Program-made: the position numbers and the translations under genes | Notes under the pieces: generated by a model | What the model saw: the letters and a program-made list of their open reading frames with translations, nothing else | The model's database searches: none | What the model was told of the DNA's origin: nothing | Shown: piece after piece, positions 46,682 to 58,400 of the stretch | Layout of the letters: every line of letters begins with the position of its first letter | Numbering within the stretch: the first letter of the stretch is position 1 | Assembly: GCA_965232515.1 (NCBI GenBank) | Contig: CBDDPY010000002.1 | Span: 3,808,001-3,872,000 of the forward strand | DNA from: Alphaproteobacteria bacterium | Lineage (GTDB): Bacteria > Pseudomonadota > Alphaproteobacteria > GCA-2731375 | DNA length: 64,000 nt | Reading direction: 5' to 3'

Positions 46682-47856
46682 CAGCTGCGCAACACCGACT
46701 CGTAGACCGCCAGCGTGCGGGCGCACATCAGTTCGACCGTGAAGTTGTTGCAGATGTTCATGCGCGCGACGCCCGCCATGTGCTCGCGCCACTCGTTGTC
46801 GAGCGCCAGCGCCGCCTCCAGCGCCCGGGCGAGCGCTGCCGGATCGCGCGGCGGGATCAGCCATCCGGTGCGGCCTTCCTGGATGATCTCCTCGCTGGCG
46901 CCGTTGTCGGTGGCGATCACTGGCCGGCCCATGGCCTGGGCCTCGGCCGAGACCCGGCCGAAGCCTTCCGGTTCGATCGACGCGGACACGACCACATCGG
47001 CCAGCATGTAGGCGGCCGACATGTCGCGGCAGTGGTCGAGAATCCGGACCATGCCGCGCACGCCCCGCTTCTCGGCCAGATCCTCCAGCTCCTGGCGATA
47101 GCGCTCACGGCCCTGGTCGGCGCCGACCAGGATGCAGGTCACGTCCTTGCGGTCGAGCATGGCCAGCGCCTCGATCAGCACCGCCTGGCCCTTCCAGCGG
47201 GTCAGCCGGCCGGGCAGCATCACCACCGGTCCGCCGTCCGGCAGGCGCCAGGCATTGGCCAGCTGAATCATGCGCTCGGCACTGACCCGGTTGGGATCGA
47301 ACAGGTCGACATCGACGCCGCGATGGATCATCACCAGCCGGTCGTCCTCGACGCCATAGTTCCGGCGGACATGGTCGTAGACGAACTGCGAGATCGCGAT
47401 CACCGCGTCGCCCTTGGCCATGACGGCGTTGTACCAGTGCTTGAGAAAACCGTCGCCATAGGGGCTGTGAAACGTCGTGACGAACGGCCGGCCGGTGCGG
47501 CGGGCGGCATACAGCGCGCTCCAGGCCGGCGCCCGGCTGCGGGCATGCACCAGATCGACCCCATAGGCTTCGATGATTTCGGCCAGACGGTCGGCATTCC
47601 GGCGGATCTTCAGCGGGCTTTTGGTCGCCAGCTCGCAGTCGATGTGCTGACCGCCGGCGCGGTCCAGCTCATGCGTCATCGGACCGCCGCTGGAAGCGAC
47701 CAGCGCCGTCCAGCCTGCCTCGACCAGGCCACGCGCCACCTGCACCGTGCCGCGCTCGACCCCGCCGGCTTCAAGCGCCGGCAGAACCTGCAGCACGACT
47801 GGCGCGCGGCTTTCCGTCGCCGCCGGCTCGGTGCTAGATTGCGCCGCCAGACTCAT
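46681..47856 (-). CDS. Glycosyltransferase family 4
   Basis: LQVLPALEAGGVERG, HARSRAPAWS, PGRLTRWKG and EGFGRVSAEAQAMG motifs. Confidence 0.92.
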   Translation of the reverse strand: MSLAAQSSTEPAATESRAPVVLQVLPALEAGGVERGTVQVARGLVEAGWTALVASSGGPMTHELDRAGGQHIDCELATKSPLKIRRNADRLAEIIEAYGVDLVHARSRAPAWSALYAARRTGRPFVTTFHSPYGDGFLKHWYNAVMAKGDAVIAISQFVYDHVRRNYGVEDDRLVMIHRGVDVDLFDPNRVSAERMIQLANAWRLPDGGPVVMLPGRLTRWKGQAVLIEALAMLDRKDVTCILVGADQGRERYRQELEDLAEKRGVRGMVRILDHCRDMSAAYMLADVVVSASIEPEGFGRVSAEAQAMGRPVIATDNGASEEIIQEGRTGWLIPPRDPAALARALEAALALDNEWREHMAGVARMNICNNFTVELMCARTLAVYESVLRS

Positions 47857-47888
47857 CTGCCTGCAAAATCCATATAACTGCCCCCAGC

Positions 47889-48653
47889 ATGACCCTCGAT
47901 AAAACCCCAAAATTCCTAAGAAAATCCGACGATGCAACCATCGCCTATCACGACCTGCCGGGAAAATCACCCGGCGTGATGTTTTGCGGCGGTTTCATGT
48001 CGGACATGACCGGCACAAAGGCGACCGCGCTGGAGGCGCATTGTCGCGAAACCGGACGCGCCTTCGTGCGATTCGACTATACCGGCCACGGCCAGTCCAG
48101 CGGCCGTTTCGTCGACGGCACGATCGGCGCGTGGGCGGACGACGCCATTGCCGTGCTGGACGAGATCGCGCAAGGCCCGCAGATCGTCGTCGGCTCCTCC
48201 ATGGGCGGCTGGATCATGCTGCTGATGGCGCTGGGCCGGCCCGAGCGGATCGCCGGTCTGGTCGGCATCGCGCCGGCGCCGGATTTCGTGCTCTGGATGT
48301 GGGACGGCTTCTCGGACGAGATCAAGCGCACGCTCGAAACCGACGGAGTCTACCGCGCGCCGTCCGAATACAGCGACGAGCCCTATGAGATCAGCATGGC
48401 CCTGATCGAGGACGGCCGGCAGCGGCTGGTGCTGGACCGCGAGGTCGCCGTCACCTGCCCCGTGCGCATCCTGCACGGCATGCAAGACCCCGACGTGCCC
48501 TGGCAACGCTCGCTGGAACTGGTCGACAAGCTCGCCAGCGACGACGTCGCCGTCACGTTCGTTAAGAACGGCGACCACCGCCTGTCCGAACCCAACGACA
48601 TCGCCCGCCTGCTGGCCACCGTCGACGCGCTCTGCGAACAAACCGCCACCTGA
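47889..48653 (+). CDS. Alpha/beta-hydrolase (ABHD10-like)
   Basis: GFMSDMTGTKA, RFDYTGHG, GSSMGG, DPDVP and GDHRLS catalytic-triad motifs. Confidence 0.92.
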   Translation: MTLDKTPKFLRKSDDATIAYHDLPGKSPGVMFCGGFMSDMTGTKATALEAHCRETGRAFVRFDYTGHGQSSGRFVDGTIGAWADDAIAVLDEIAQGPQIVVGSSMGGWIMLLMALGRPERIAGLVGIAPAPDFVLWMWDGFSDEIKRTLETDGVYRAPSEYSDEPYEISMALIEDGRQRLVLDREVAVTCPVRILHGMQDPDVPWQRSLELVDKLASDDVAVTFVKNGDHRLSEPNDIARLLATVDALCEQTAT

Positions 48654-48956
48654 CGCCAGAGTCATCCTAGCGAAACCCAAGATCCACGTTCGGATTCGAC
48701 CTTGGATGCCCTGAGTTCACAAACGACGTGCAACACCTTGTGTTGGAAGTGTTGCGATAGGACGCGGTTACGCCCAGTTGTCATTGGAAAAGTGGCGCGA
48801 GAGGGCATTCGACTGAACCTTGGATTCTACTTCTGTTCGGCGCATATTTGCGTAATTCTACCGACAAGAAACGTCTATTTCGTGGTTCTTCCCTTCAAGG
48901 GGCGTAGAGATCGGGTCATCGTATAGTCAGGCATCTACTTGCGAGGAGGGTCCGTC

Positions 48957-49958
48957 GTGACATTCCGCACGCCACTGACAGATCGCCTCGGGCTGCAAAT
49001 TCCCGTTATCGCCGCGCCACTCGGCCGCGGCTCCACGCCAGCTTTTCTCGCCACGCTCTCGCAGCATGGCGCCATGGGATTCGTCGCTCTAATGCACATG
49101 CCGGAAGACGAGGTGCGGCAGAATTTGTCGGCGTATGTGGCGGCAACCGGCGGCGGAAATCGCTTCGGCGTGAACCTCACGCTCATCGTCGACCAGACGC
49201 GCCGACTGGAGGCCGCGCTGGAAGCCGGCTGCCGTATCGTCTCCTTCTGGCAAGGCGATCCGACAGCCTACGTCCGGCGCGCCAAGGAAGCGGGGGCGGT
49301 TGTGTTCTGGACCGTGTCCGGGGTTGCCGAGGCCGCGCGGGCGGCGGACCTCGGCGTCGATTTTATTGTCTGTCAAGGACGCGAGGCTGGCGGACACCTG
49401 GTCGGTGAAGCGCCGTTGATGACAATGCTGCCTGCGCTGGTTGACGCCGCTGGTGGGGTGCCGGTCGTGGCCGCCGGCGGTATTGCCGAAGGACGTGGGC
49501 TGGCGGCCGCGCTGGCGCTTGGCGCGTGCGGTGCATGGATGGGGACGCGCTTCGTCGCATCGGCCGAAAGCGGCAACCATAGCGGCCACAAGCAGCGCAT
49601 CGCGCAGGCTGGATTTGGCGATTTGGTCGAGACAAGGCTGTTCGACGGCGGCTGGCCCGACAGCCCACACCGCGTTTTACGCAATGCGACGCTGGACAAT
49701 TGGGAGACGGCAGGTTCGCCCCCTCGGGGCGCAAGACCGGGCGAAGGCGAGCGTATCGGCAGCTATCCGAATGGCGCGGCGATTCTGCGTTATGACGTTG
49801 CGACGCCCTGGGACGGGATGGAGGGCGACTGGGAGGCTACTGCGCTCTATGCGGGTATGTCGGCAGCCTTGGTGCGAGAGGTCGAGACCGTGCCCGAGAT
49901 CCTCTCGCGCATCGAGTCTGATGCCACGGCGGCGCTGCGTCGGGCACTGGCTGAATGA
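48957..49958 (+). CDS. Nitronate monooxygenase / FabK-like FMN oxidoreductase
   Basis: QGREAGGH, PVVAAGGIAEGRG, MGTRF and YAGMS motifs; GAGGAGG RBS before GTG 48957. Confidence 0.88.
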   Translation: MTFRTPLTDRLGLQIPVIAAPLGRGSTPAFLATLSQHGAMGFVALMHMPEDEVRQNLSAYVAATGGGNRFGVNLTLIVDQTRRLEAALEAGCRIVSFWQGDPTAYVRRAKEAGAVVFWTVSGVAEAARAADLGVDFIVCQGREAGGHLVGEAPLMTMLPALVDAAGGVPVVAAGGIAEGRGLAAALALGACGAWMGTRFVASAESGNHSGHKQRIAQAGFGDLVETRLFDGGWPDSPHRVLRNATLDNWETAGSPPRGARPGEGERIGSYPNGAAILRYDVATPWDGMEGDWEATALYAGMSAALVREVETVPEILSRIESDATAALRRALAE

Positions 49959-50076
49959 CGAATCAACATCGGCGGCGATATCGAACCGGACGGCCCGCGA
50001 CACGCATCCCACTCGCCCGCAACTAGCGCGCACCGTGACTGACCTTGTCCGGCGCATAACGCACCGGTTATTGCTG

Positions 50077-50943
50077 TTAGATCGTCTCGAGACAGTGCCG
50101 CAAACCGTTGCGATAGTCCGGGTAAGCCAAGCGCACACCCAGCTCCGACTTGATCCGGTCATTACGCACCCGCTTGCTCTCGGCATAGAAGCTGCGGCCC
50201 ATCGGCGACAGCTCGGCGGCCGCGAACGGCACCAGCGGCGGCGGCTCAACACCCAGCAGCCCGGCGGCGAAGGCGACCACGTCCTGCGGCGGCGCCGCTT
50301 CGTCGTCGCAGACGTTGTAGGCGGCGCCCGGATTGGGCCGGCTTATCGAAGCCTCGAGCACGGCGGCGATATCGTCCACATGGATGCGGCTGAACACCTG
50401 GCCCGGCTTGTCGATGCGCTTCGCCGTGCCGTTGCGCACGCTAAGGAGCTGATTGCGTCCGGGCCCGTAGATCCCGGCCAATCGGAACAGGTGCACTGGT
50501 AGCGGTAACGCCAGCCAGGCCCGCTCCGCCGCGACCCGGCGGCGGCCGCGTTCGGTCGACGGCCTGAGGTCGTCGTCCTCCGACACCCAGTCGCCGCCGC
50601 GGTCGCCGTAGACCCCCGTGGTCGAGAGGTAGCCGACCCAGGCGACATCTTCGAGCGCAGCCAGATCCTGACCGTGATGATCGATAACCAGATCGCCGGC
50701 CGCGTCCGGCGGTACCGAGCTCAGGATATGCGTGACACCGGCCAGCGCCGCCGCGGCATCGTCCAGCGGCCGGTCACGGTCGAACAGCTGCGCCTCGATC
50801 CCCTCGGTCGCCAGTCGTGCCTGCTTCTCCGGCGATCGGCAGGTGCCGGCAATGCGCCAGCCGTCGGCCCGCAATCGCGCGATCAGCGCCATGGCACTAT
50901 ATCCGAGGCCGAAACAGAACAGTGATCCGCCGGTATCCCTCAT
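50077..50943 (-). CDS. NAD-dependent epimerase/dehydratase (atypical SDR)
   Basis: FGLGYSA, YLSTTGVYGD, RLAGIYGPGR and FSRIHVDD motifs. Confidence 0.9.
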   Translation of the reverse strand: MRDTGGSLFCFGLGYSAMALIARLRADGWRIAGTCRSPEKQARLATEGIEAQLFDRDRPLDDAAAALAGVTHILSSVPPDAAGDLVIDHHGQDLAALEDVAWVGYLSTTGVYGDRGGDWVSEDDDLRPSTERGRRRVAAERAWLALPLPVHLFRLAGIYGPGRNQLLSVRNGTAKRIDKPGQVFSRIHVDDIAAVLEASISRPNPGAAYNVCDDEAAPPQDVVAFAAGLLGVEPPPLVPFAAAELSPMGRSFYAESKRVRNDRIKSELGVRLAYPDYRNGLRHCLETI

Positions 50944-50999
50944 CGCATCGTCCCGTAAACAGCTTGCATCTTGCCCCGCCGGCCACGACCTTAGGCCAA

Positions 51000-51755
51000 A
51001 TGCGGATCCGGGAACATGTCGCACTGACGCTGGCGCCGTTGCTGCTGCTCGGTGGCCTGGCCGCGCCGGCCATGGCCGGCCGGCTGGACCATGCCGAGCA
51101 GTATCGCGCCTGCCTGACGCTGGCGCATCGCGACGCCCGCGGCGCCATCGAGTCGGCGGCCGTCTGGCGACAGGCCGGCGGCGGCGCGGCAGCTCAGCAT
51201 TGCACGGCCGTCGCGCTGATCGAGCTGAAGCAATACGCCGACGCGGCGATCCGTCTGGAAGCGCTCGCCGCCGAGTTGCCGGCGGACTCGCAGGTGAATC
51301 CGGCCGACATCCTGGGTCAGGCCGCCAATGCCTGGCTGCTCGCCGACCGCGACGACGAAGCGCTGCGGCTGATCGACGAAGCCCTCGTCATGGCGCCAAA
51401 TGCTCCTGATCTGCATGTCGATCGGGCTCGAATCCTCGCGCATCACGGCCAATACGAGGCGGCGCTCGCCAATCTCGACAAGGCGCTGGCCAGCGATCCG
51501 ACCGATGACGACGCGCTCGCCTTCCGCGCCAGCGCGCTACGCCGTCAGGGAAGACTGGTGGATGCGCTCGCCGATGCCACCACGGCGCTCGAGATCAATC
51601 CCGACAACGCCTCGGCCCGGCTCGAGCGCGGCATTATCCGAAAGGCGCTCGGCGACGCCGAGGCCGCCCGCGTCGATTGGCGCGAGACCGTCGCGCGGCA
51701 TGCCGGCACCCCGGCCGGTGACGCCGCAAGCCAGTATTTGCAGTCGCTCGACTAA
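51000..51755 (+). CDS. Exported tetratricopeptide-repeat protein
   Basis: Signal peptide and repeated TPR-like helices ([26 protein letters not shown]). Confidence 0.85.
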   Translation: MRIREHVALTLAPLLLLGGLAAPAMAGRLDHAEQYRACLTLAHRDARGAIESAAVWRQAGGGAAAQHCTAVALIELKQYADAAIRLEALAAELPADSQVNPADILGQAANAWLLADRDDEALRLIDEALVMAPNAPDLHVDRARILAHHGQYEAALANLDKALASDPTDDDALAFRASALRRQGRLVDALADATTALEINPDNASARLERGIIRKALGDAEAARVDWRETVARHAGTPAGDAASQYLQSLD

Positions 51756-52906
51756 GCCACGGCATGCCATTCCGCGCGCACATCGACATCCACCTCCGTC
51801 GGCAGGTGTCGGTCGCGGAATTTGGCAAAGCGCATCTCGTCGCTTAGCCGCGATAGGGCCCAGACCGCCATTGCGCGCACCAGTGCGGACGGGTCCGACA
51901 GCAGCGGTTCGATGTCGTCGGCGAGCGCCGCCTCGCCGCTGTTGCCGATGGCGATCAGCACGTTGCGGACGAAGCGGTCCCGTCCCAATCGCTTGACCGG
52001 CGAACCGGCGAAGACCCGGCGAAAGCCGGCATCGTCCAACTTCACCAGGTCGCGCAGCTTCGGCGCGGTCAGCTCCACCCGCGGCAGAAACGCCGTCTCG
52101 CGCGCCCGTTCAGCGAACTTGTTCCAGGGGCAGACGGCCAGACAATCGTCGCAGCCGAAGATCCGATTGCCCATGGCGGCGCGGAATTCGACATCGATGT
52201 GGCCCTTGTGCTCGATCGTCAGATAGGAAATGCAGCGCCGGGCGTCCAGCTGATAGGGCGCCGGGAAGGCGTCGGTCGGGCAGACATCGAGGCAGCGTCG
52301 GCAGCCGCCGCAATGGTCCTCGTGGGGGTCCGTATCGGCCGGCAGGTCGAGGTCCGTGAACACAGCGCCCAGGAACAGCCAGGAGCCGAACTGGCGCGAG
52401 ACCAGATTGGTGTGCTTGCCCTGCCAGCCGATCCCGGCCTGCCGGGCGAGCGGCTTTTCCAGCACGGGCGCGGTATCGACGAACACCTTGATGCCGGCGC
52501 CGTGCGCGTCGTGCAGCCAGCGGCCGATCCGCTTCAGCCGCGATTTGATGACGTCGTGGTAGTCGCGCCCCTGGGCATAGACCGAGACGATGCCCCGGTC
52601 CGGCCGGTCGAGCAGCGCCAGCGGATCGCCGGCCGGGCCGTAGTTCATCGCCAGCATGATGACGCTACGCACCTCGGGCCAGAGTGTCCGCGGATCGGCT
52701 CGCCGGTTCGCCTTGGCCGCCAGCCAGTCCATGTCGCCGTACCGGTCCAGCGCGATGAAGCGGCGAAAGCGTTCGCCTGCCTCGGCGACCGAACCCGGAT
52801 CCGCGAAGCCGACCTGATCGAAGCCCAACGAATTGGCGTAGTCCCGGATTGCCGACCGCAAATCGTCCGTCGGTTGGTCGGCCGCGCTAGAAGTCGAGGT
52901 CCGCAT
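51752..52906 (-). CDS. queG: tRNA epoxyqueuosine(34) reductase
   Basis: [37 protein letters not shown] and [12 protein letters not shown] motifs. Confidence 0.95.
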   Translation of the reverse strand: MRTSTSSAADQPTDDLRSAIRDYANSLGFDQVGFADPGSVAEAGERFRRFIALDRYGDMDWLAAKANRRADPRTLWPEVRSVIMLAMNYGPAGDPLALLDRPDRGIVSVYAQGRDYHDVIKSRLKRIGRWLHDAHGAGIKVFVDTAPVLEKPLARQAGIGWQGKHTNLVSRQFGSWLFLGAVFTDLDLPADTDPHEDHCGGCRRCLDVCPTDAFPAPYQLDARRCISYLTIEHKGHIDVEFRAAMGNRIFGCDDCLAVCPWNKFAERARETAFLPRVELTAPKLRDLVKLDDAGFRRVFAGSPVKRLGRDRFVRNVLIAIGNSGEAALADDIEPLLSDPSALVRAMAVWALSRLSDEMRFAKFRDRHLPTEVDVDVRAEWHAVA

Positions 52907-53555
52907 AATGCTTCGGCGGCGGCAGGCCGGAGATATGGTCGGCCAGGATCGGGCGGAAGCTGGGCCGCGATTTCACCCGCGCATACCATTCCTTGGCCGC
53001 CTCATGATTGGCCCAGGGCACGCTGCCGAGATAGTCGAGGCAGGAAAGCTGCGCCGCGGCGCTGATGTCGGCCAGGCTGAATTCCTCGCCGGCGATCCAG
53101 TTCCGCCGTTCCACCAGATAGCTGACATAGTGCATGTGGTAGACGATGTTCTCGAGCCCGGCCCGGATCAGCGAGGAGTCGGGCTCGCCCATGCCCATGA
53201 ACCGCTTCAGCAGCTTTTCGCGCAGCAGATATTCCGTCACCTCGCCGTGGAACTTCTGGTCGAACCAGGCGACCAGACGGCGGACCTCGGCCCGCCCGGC
53301 GGGATCGAAGCCGATCAGCGAGCGGTCGGGATAGGCCTCGTCCAGGTATTCGCAGATCGCCTGGCTGTCGGCCAGCGCCAAGCCGTCCGGTTCGATCAGC
53401 ACCGGCACCGTGCCGGACGGGTTCACCGCCAGAAACGCCTCGCGGCGCTCCCAGTACTTCTCGACCTGCATCTCGAATTCGAGCCCCTTCTCCTTCAGGG
53501 CAATGCGCAGCTTGCGGCAGAAGGGAGAGAGCCAGAAGTGATAGAGCTGGCGCAT
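52887..53555 (-). CDS. fzlA: Glutathione S-transferase family protein, FtsZ-binding FzlA-like
   Basis: [28 protein letters not shown] and C-terminal HYADLDF typical of alphaproteobacterial FzlA; adjacent to queG. Confidence 0.75.
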   Translation of the reverse strand: MRQLYHFWLSPFCRKLRIALKEKGLEFEMQVEKYWERREAFLAVNPSGTVPVLIEPDGLALADSQAICEYLDEAYPDRSLIGFDPAGRAEVRRLVAWFDQKFHGEVTEYLLREKLLKRFMGMGEPDSSLIRAGLENIVYHMHYVSYLVERRNWIAGEEFSLADISAAAQLSCLDYLGSVPWANHEAAKEWYARVKSRPSFRPILADHISGLPPPKHYADLDF

Positions 53556-53597
53556 GGCGCGCAGTCTAGACGAAGGCGGAAATCCTTACCAATGAGC

Positions 53598-54575
53598 TTA
53601 TGGGACGGACAGCACCAGCTTGCCGACCACCTGGCGGTCGACGATCATTTGTAGCGCCTCGGCCGCCCGCGCCAGCGGCAGCACGTCATGCACGTGCGGG
53701 GTCAGCTCGCCGGCTTCGGCATGGCGCAGCAGCGCGTCGATGTTTCGACGACTGCCTTCCGGATCGCGGCGAGCATGCTCGCCGGCCCTGAGACCGATCA
53801 CCGCGCAGCCCTTCAGCAGCGGATAGTTGGCCGGTATCTCGGGAATGCGCCCATCGGCGAAACCGACCACCAGCAACCGCCCGCCCCAGTTGATGCAGCG
53901 CAGCGATTCATCGAACACGTCGCCACCCACGGGATCGTAGATCACGTCGGCGCCGGCGCCGCCGGTCAGCGCCTTCACCTGTTCGCGAAAACCGCCGGCC
54001 GCGACGTTGATGACGTGATCGGCGCCGGCCGCCTGCACGACCGCGAGCTTGGCGTCACTGCCGCCCGTCGCGATGACCTCGGCGCCCAACAGCTTCGCCA
54101 GCCGCACGGCCGCCATGCCCACGCCGCCCGAGGCGCCGTGGACCAGCACCGTTTCGCCCGCTCGCAGCCGGCCGCGGTCGACCAGTGCGTGATAGGCGGT
54201 GACATTGCCGACGGCGAAAGCCGCGCCTTGCACGAAGGAATAGCCGGCCGGCATTGGCAGCAACTGGTCCGGCGCCACCACAGCCTGTTCGGCGAAGGCG
54301 CCCGGCCGAATCCGCACGATAGCCTTGTCGCCCGGCCGCCAGCCGTTCACACCGGCGGCGGCCTCCATGATCTCGCCGGCCGCCTCCATGCCAGGCACGA
54401 ACGGCAGCGGCGGTTTGTGCTGATAGCCGCCGGCCACCATCAGCACATCGGGGAAGTTGACGCCGGCCGCACGGATGGCGACACGCACCTGCCCCGGCCC
54501 CATCTCGGGCGGATTGATGTCCTCCAGCCGCAGGACCTGCGGCGGCCCCAGCGCGCGGCAGACGACGGCCCGCAC
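53598..54575 (-). CDS. NADPH:quinone oxidoreductase (zeta-crystallin MDR family)
   Basis: AGVNFPD, PFVPGMEAAG, HGASGGVG and DPVGG motifs. Confidence 0.92.
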   Translation of the reverse strand: MRAVVCRALGPPQVLRLEDINPPEMGPGQVRVAIRAAGVNFPDVLMVAGGYQHKPPLPFVPGMEAAGEIMEAAAGVNGWRPGDKAIVRIRPGAFAEQAVVAPDQLLPMPAGYSFVQGAAFAVGNVTAYHALVDRGRLRAGETVLVHGASGGVGMAAVRLAKLLGAEVIATGGSDAKLAVVQAAGADHVINVAAGGFREQVKALTGGAGADVIYDPVGGDVFDESLRCINWGGRLLVVGFADGRIPEIPANYPLLKGCAVIGLRAGEHARRDPEGSRRNIDALLRHAEAGELTPHVHDVLPLARAAEALQMIVDRQVVGKLVLSVP

Positions 54576-54578
54576 GGC

Positions 54579-55295
54579 TCAGGCGGCGTCGTGGAAGATG
54601 ATGCCGAGCGCGTAGCGCACGCCGCCGCGCACCCGGCTGACGCCGTGGCGCATCTTGCAGGCGTGCATGCCCCGCTTGCCTTCGACCGGTCTTTCGGTGA
54701 CCGGAAAGATGATCGCCTCGCCCTGCTCCAGCTGGATCGCCTCGCCACGCGATTGCGCCCGCGGCCGCTGTTCGACCAGCAGGAACTCGCCGCCGGTATA
54801 GTCGGTCCCGGGCCGGCTGAGGCCGATCGTAACCTGCAGCGGGAAGCACAGGTCGCCGTAGAGATCCTGGTGCAGGCAGTTATAGCCGCCGGTCTGATAG
54901 CGCAGCATCAGCGGCGTCGGCCGCGTCTGCTTCTTCTTGTGGCAGAGCTTCAGATAGGCGCTCAGGCTCGCCGGATAGCGCTCCTTGCGGCCGAGATCGG
55001 CCATCATGCGGTTCGCGATCGGTGCCAGCTTGCGGTAGAGGTGGGTCCTGAGCTGACCGACGATGCCCGGCAGCGGATTGCCGAAATACTTGTATTCGCC
55101 CTCGCCGAACCGGTAGCGGGCCATGTCGATGCGGCTGCGGAAAATGTCGTCGTCGGCATAGAGGACGGCGAGCGCCGCGCATTCCGAGCCCGACAGCAGC
55201 GGCCCTGTGCGGGCATAGCCCTCGGCGCCGATCGCCTTGGCGGCGCCGCGCCAATCGACGGCCTTCACCCGGTCGGCGATTTTGGTCTCGGCCAT
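54579..55295 (-). CDS. 2OG-Fe(II) oxygenase (DUF2086-like)
   Basis: FGEGEYKYF, TPLMLRY, CLHQDLYG (HxD), EQRPRAQSR, RHGVS and GIIFHDA motifs. Start is 55295 or 55319. Confidence 0.88.
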   Translation of the reverse strand: MAETKIADRVKAVDWRGAAKAIGAEGYARTGPLLSGSECAALAVLYADDDIFRSRIDMARYRFGEGEYKYFGNPLPGIVGQLRTHLYRKLAPIANRMMADLGRKERYPASLSAYLKLCHKKKQTRPTPLMLRYQTGGYNCLHQDLYGDLCFPLQVTIGLSRPGTDYTGGEFLLVEQRPRAQSRGEAIQLEQGEAIIFPVTERPVEGKRGMHACKMRHGVSRVRGGVRYALGIIFHDAA

Positions 55296-55474
55296 GTCGA
55301 AACTGTTAACGGGAAACATCCGTCGTTCTATCCGATTATTGTGCGCCAATCCCCCGTGCGCCGCCCGGCGGGAAGGATGGCGGCGGCGCTGCGCCAAGCA
55401 TGGCACGGCAATCTTTAAAATTGCCCCCAAATTCTCGCCCGAGGCCAATGAAAAATTCGGGCGGTTCCCCCGGA

Positions 55475-58400
55475 TCAGGCCGTGGCGGCCGCGTCTTCGT
55501 CGCTCAGTGGGTGCGCCAACAGAGCCACCATTTCCTTCGGGCAGACCTGAACGAACTTCTTCAGTTGTAAATCCCACTCGTTAAGCAATCTGGATGAGAA
55601 AACCGATTGGGTCGCGGTGACATGCTGGCCGATCAGATCCTTCAGCACGCCCTCCCAGTGTTCGGTCTTGACCGGCTGCCAGATCACGCTGTCGGCGTTG
55701 ATCCGGACGCCGATCTCGCCGTTGGGGTCGTAGATGAAGGCCATGCCGCCCGTCATGCCGGCGGCGAAATTGTCGCCGACCGAACCCAGAATCACGGCGA
55801 CGCCGCCGGTCATATATTCGCAGCCATTCGCGCCGCAGCCTTCGACCACGGCATTGGCGCCCGAATTGCGCACCGCGAAGCGCTCGCCGGCCCGGCCGGC
55901 GGCGAACAGATGGCCTCCGGTCGCGCCATAGAGCACGGTGTTGCCGATGATGGTGTTCTCGTTGCTCTTCAGCGGGCTCGACGGCACCGGGCGGACCACG
56001 ATGTCGCCCCCCGACAGGCCCTTGCCGACATAGTCGTTGGCGTCGCCGAAGACTTCCAGCCGTAGCCCCTGCACCGCGAAGGCGCCGAGCGACTGGCCGG
56101 CCGACCCGCGCAGGCGCACGGTGATATGCCCTGGCTGCAACCCGGTCATGCCGAAGGTCCGGGTGATCATTGACGACAGCTTGGTGCCGACCGCGCGATG
56201 GATATTGCGGACGTTGTAGGCGAGCTGCATTTTCTGGCCTGCCATCATCAACGGCTCGGCGTCCTGCAGCATCTGCGCGTCCAGCGTTTCCGGCACCTCG
56301 TTGCGGCCGCGCACGGCGCAGAACCGCGGATGCTCGTCGCTGTCGGCCTGGACCAGCAGCGGATTCAGGTCGAGGTCGTCGAGGTGCGGCGCGCCGCGGC
56401 TGACCTGCATCAGCAGGTCGCTGCGGCCGATGATCTCCTCGATCGAGCGGGCGCCGATGGCGGCCAGGATCTCGCGCACTTCCTCGGCCATGAAGCTGAA
56501 CAGGTTCACCACCTTCTGCGGCGTGCCCTCGAACTTGGCGCGGAGCGCCTCGTCCTGGGTGCAGATGCCGACCGGACAGGTATTGGAATGGCACTGCCGA
56601 ACCAGGATGCAGCCCATGGCGACCAGCGCCGCGGTGCCGACGCCGAATTCCTCGGCCCCCAGCATGGCAGCGATGACGACGTCGCGGCCGGTCTTGATGC
56701 CGCCGTCGACCCGGAGCCGTACGCGATGTCGCAGGCCGTTCAGCGTCAACAGCTGGTTCGCCTCGCTCAGCCCCATCTCCCAGGGGTTGCCGGCATACTT
56801 GATGCTGGTCTGCGGGCTGGCGCCGGTGCCGCCGACATGGCCGGAAATCATGATCACGTCGGCCTTGGCCTTGGCGACGCCGGCGGCGATGGTGCCGATG
56901 CCGGACTCGGCGACCAGCTTGACGTTGACCCGGGCCTCCGGATTGATCTGCTTCAGATCGTAAATGAGCTGCGCCAGGTCTTCGATCGAGTAGATGTCGT
57001 GGTGCGGCGGCGGCGAGATCAGCGTCACGCCCGGCGTCGACAGCCGGAGCGTCGCAATCTCGGCCGTGACCTTGAAGCCCGGCAGCTGACCGCCCTCGCC
57101 GGGCTTGGCGCCCTGGGCGATCTTGATCTCGATCTCCTCGCACATGTTCAGGTATTCGGCGGTGACGCCGAACCGGCCTGAGGCGATCTGCTTGATCGCC
57201 GAGTTGGCGTTATCGCCGTTGGCGCGCGGATGGAAACGTTCCTGGCCCTCGCCGCCCTCGCCGGAATCCGACTTGGCGCCGATCTGGTTCATAGCGATGG
57301 CCAGCGTCTCGTGCGCTTCCCGGCCAAGCGCGCCGTGCGACATGGCGCCGGTGACGAAACGCTTGCGCAGCTCAGTGATGGATTCCACCTCGTCCAGCGG
57401 CACCGGATCGCCAAGCGGCTTGAACTCCAGCAGATCGCGCAGGTTCACCGGCGGCATGGTGTGCACGCCGTCGGCGAACCGCCGGTAGTGCGAGTAGGAA
57501 TCGTTGGCCACGGCCTCCTGCAGCACGTGGATCAGCTGCCCGTCGAAGGAATGCACCTCGCCGTTGCGCCGATAGCGGTAGAGCCCGCCGATCGGCAGGG
57601 CGATGACCTCGTCCTCGAAGGCCTTGCCGTTGATCTCGGTGACCTTTTGCTGAATACCGGAGAGGCCGATGCCGGAGATGCGCGAGGTCATGCCGGGAAA
57701 GTATTCCGCCACCAGCGTCCGGCTGAGACCGACGGCCTCGAAGTTGTAGGCGCCGCGATAGGAGCTGAGCACGGCGATGCCCATCTTCGACATCACCTTC
57801 AGCAGGCCCTGGTCGGCGGCCACGCGGAAGCGCTGCACGCATTCCTCGAACGACAGGCCCGGCAGCAGGCCGCGGCGATGGCGGTCGCGGATCGTCTCCT
57901 GCGCCAGATAGGCGTTAATGGTGGTCGCACCGACGCCGATCAGCACGGCGAACGCGTGCACGTCGATGCACTCGGCCACCCGGCAGTTCAACGAGGTGTA
58001 GGTCCTGAGGCCCTGCTCGACCAGATGCGTGTGCACGCCGCCGACCGCCAGGATCATCGGAATGGCCGCCCGGTCCGTCCCCACGCCCTCGTCGGTCAGG
58101 ATCAGATGCACGGCGCCGCTACGCACCGCGTCCTCGGCCTCGTCGCGAATGCGGCGCAGCGCGTCGCGCATGGCGTTCGGCCCCTTGCTGGGCGCGAAAG
58201 TGCAGTCGATCGTCCGCGCGAAATCGCCCATATAGGCGCGCATGTCCTCGAACTCGCGGTTCGACAGCACAGGCGAATCCAGCTCCAGCACCTTGAGCTG
58301 GCTGTCGTCCTCGGCCAGCACGTTGCCAAGGTTGCCGAAGCGCGTTTTCAGCGTCATCACCTGGTGCTCGCGCAGCGAGTCGATCGGCGGGTTGGTGACC

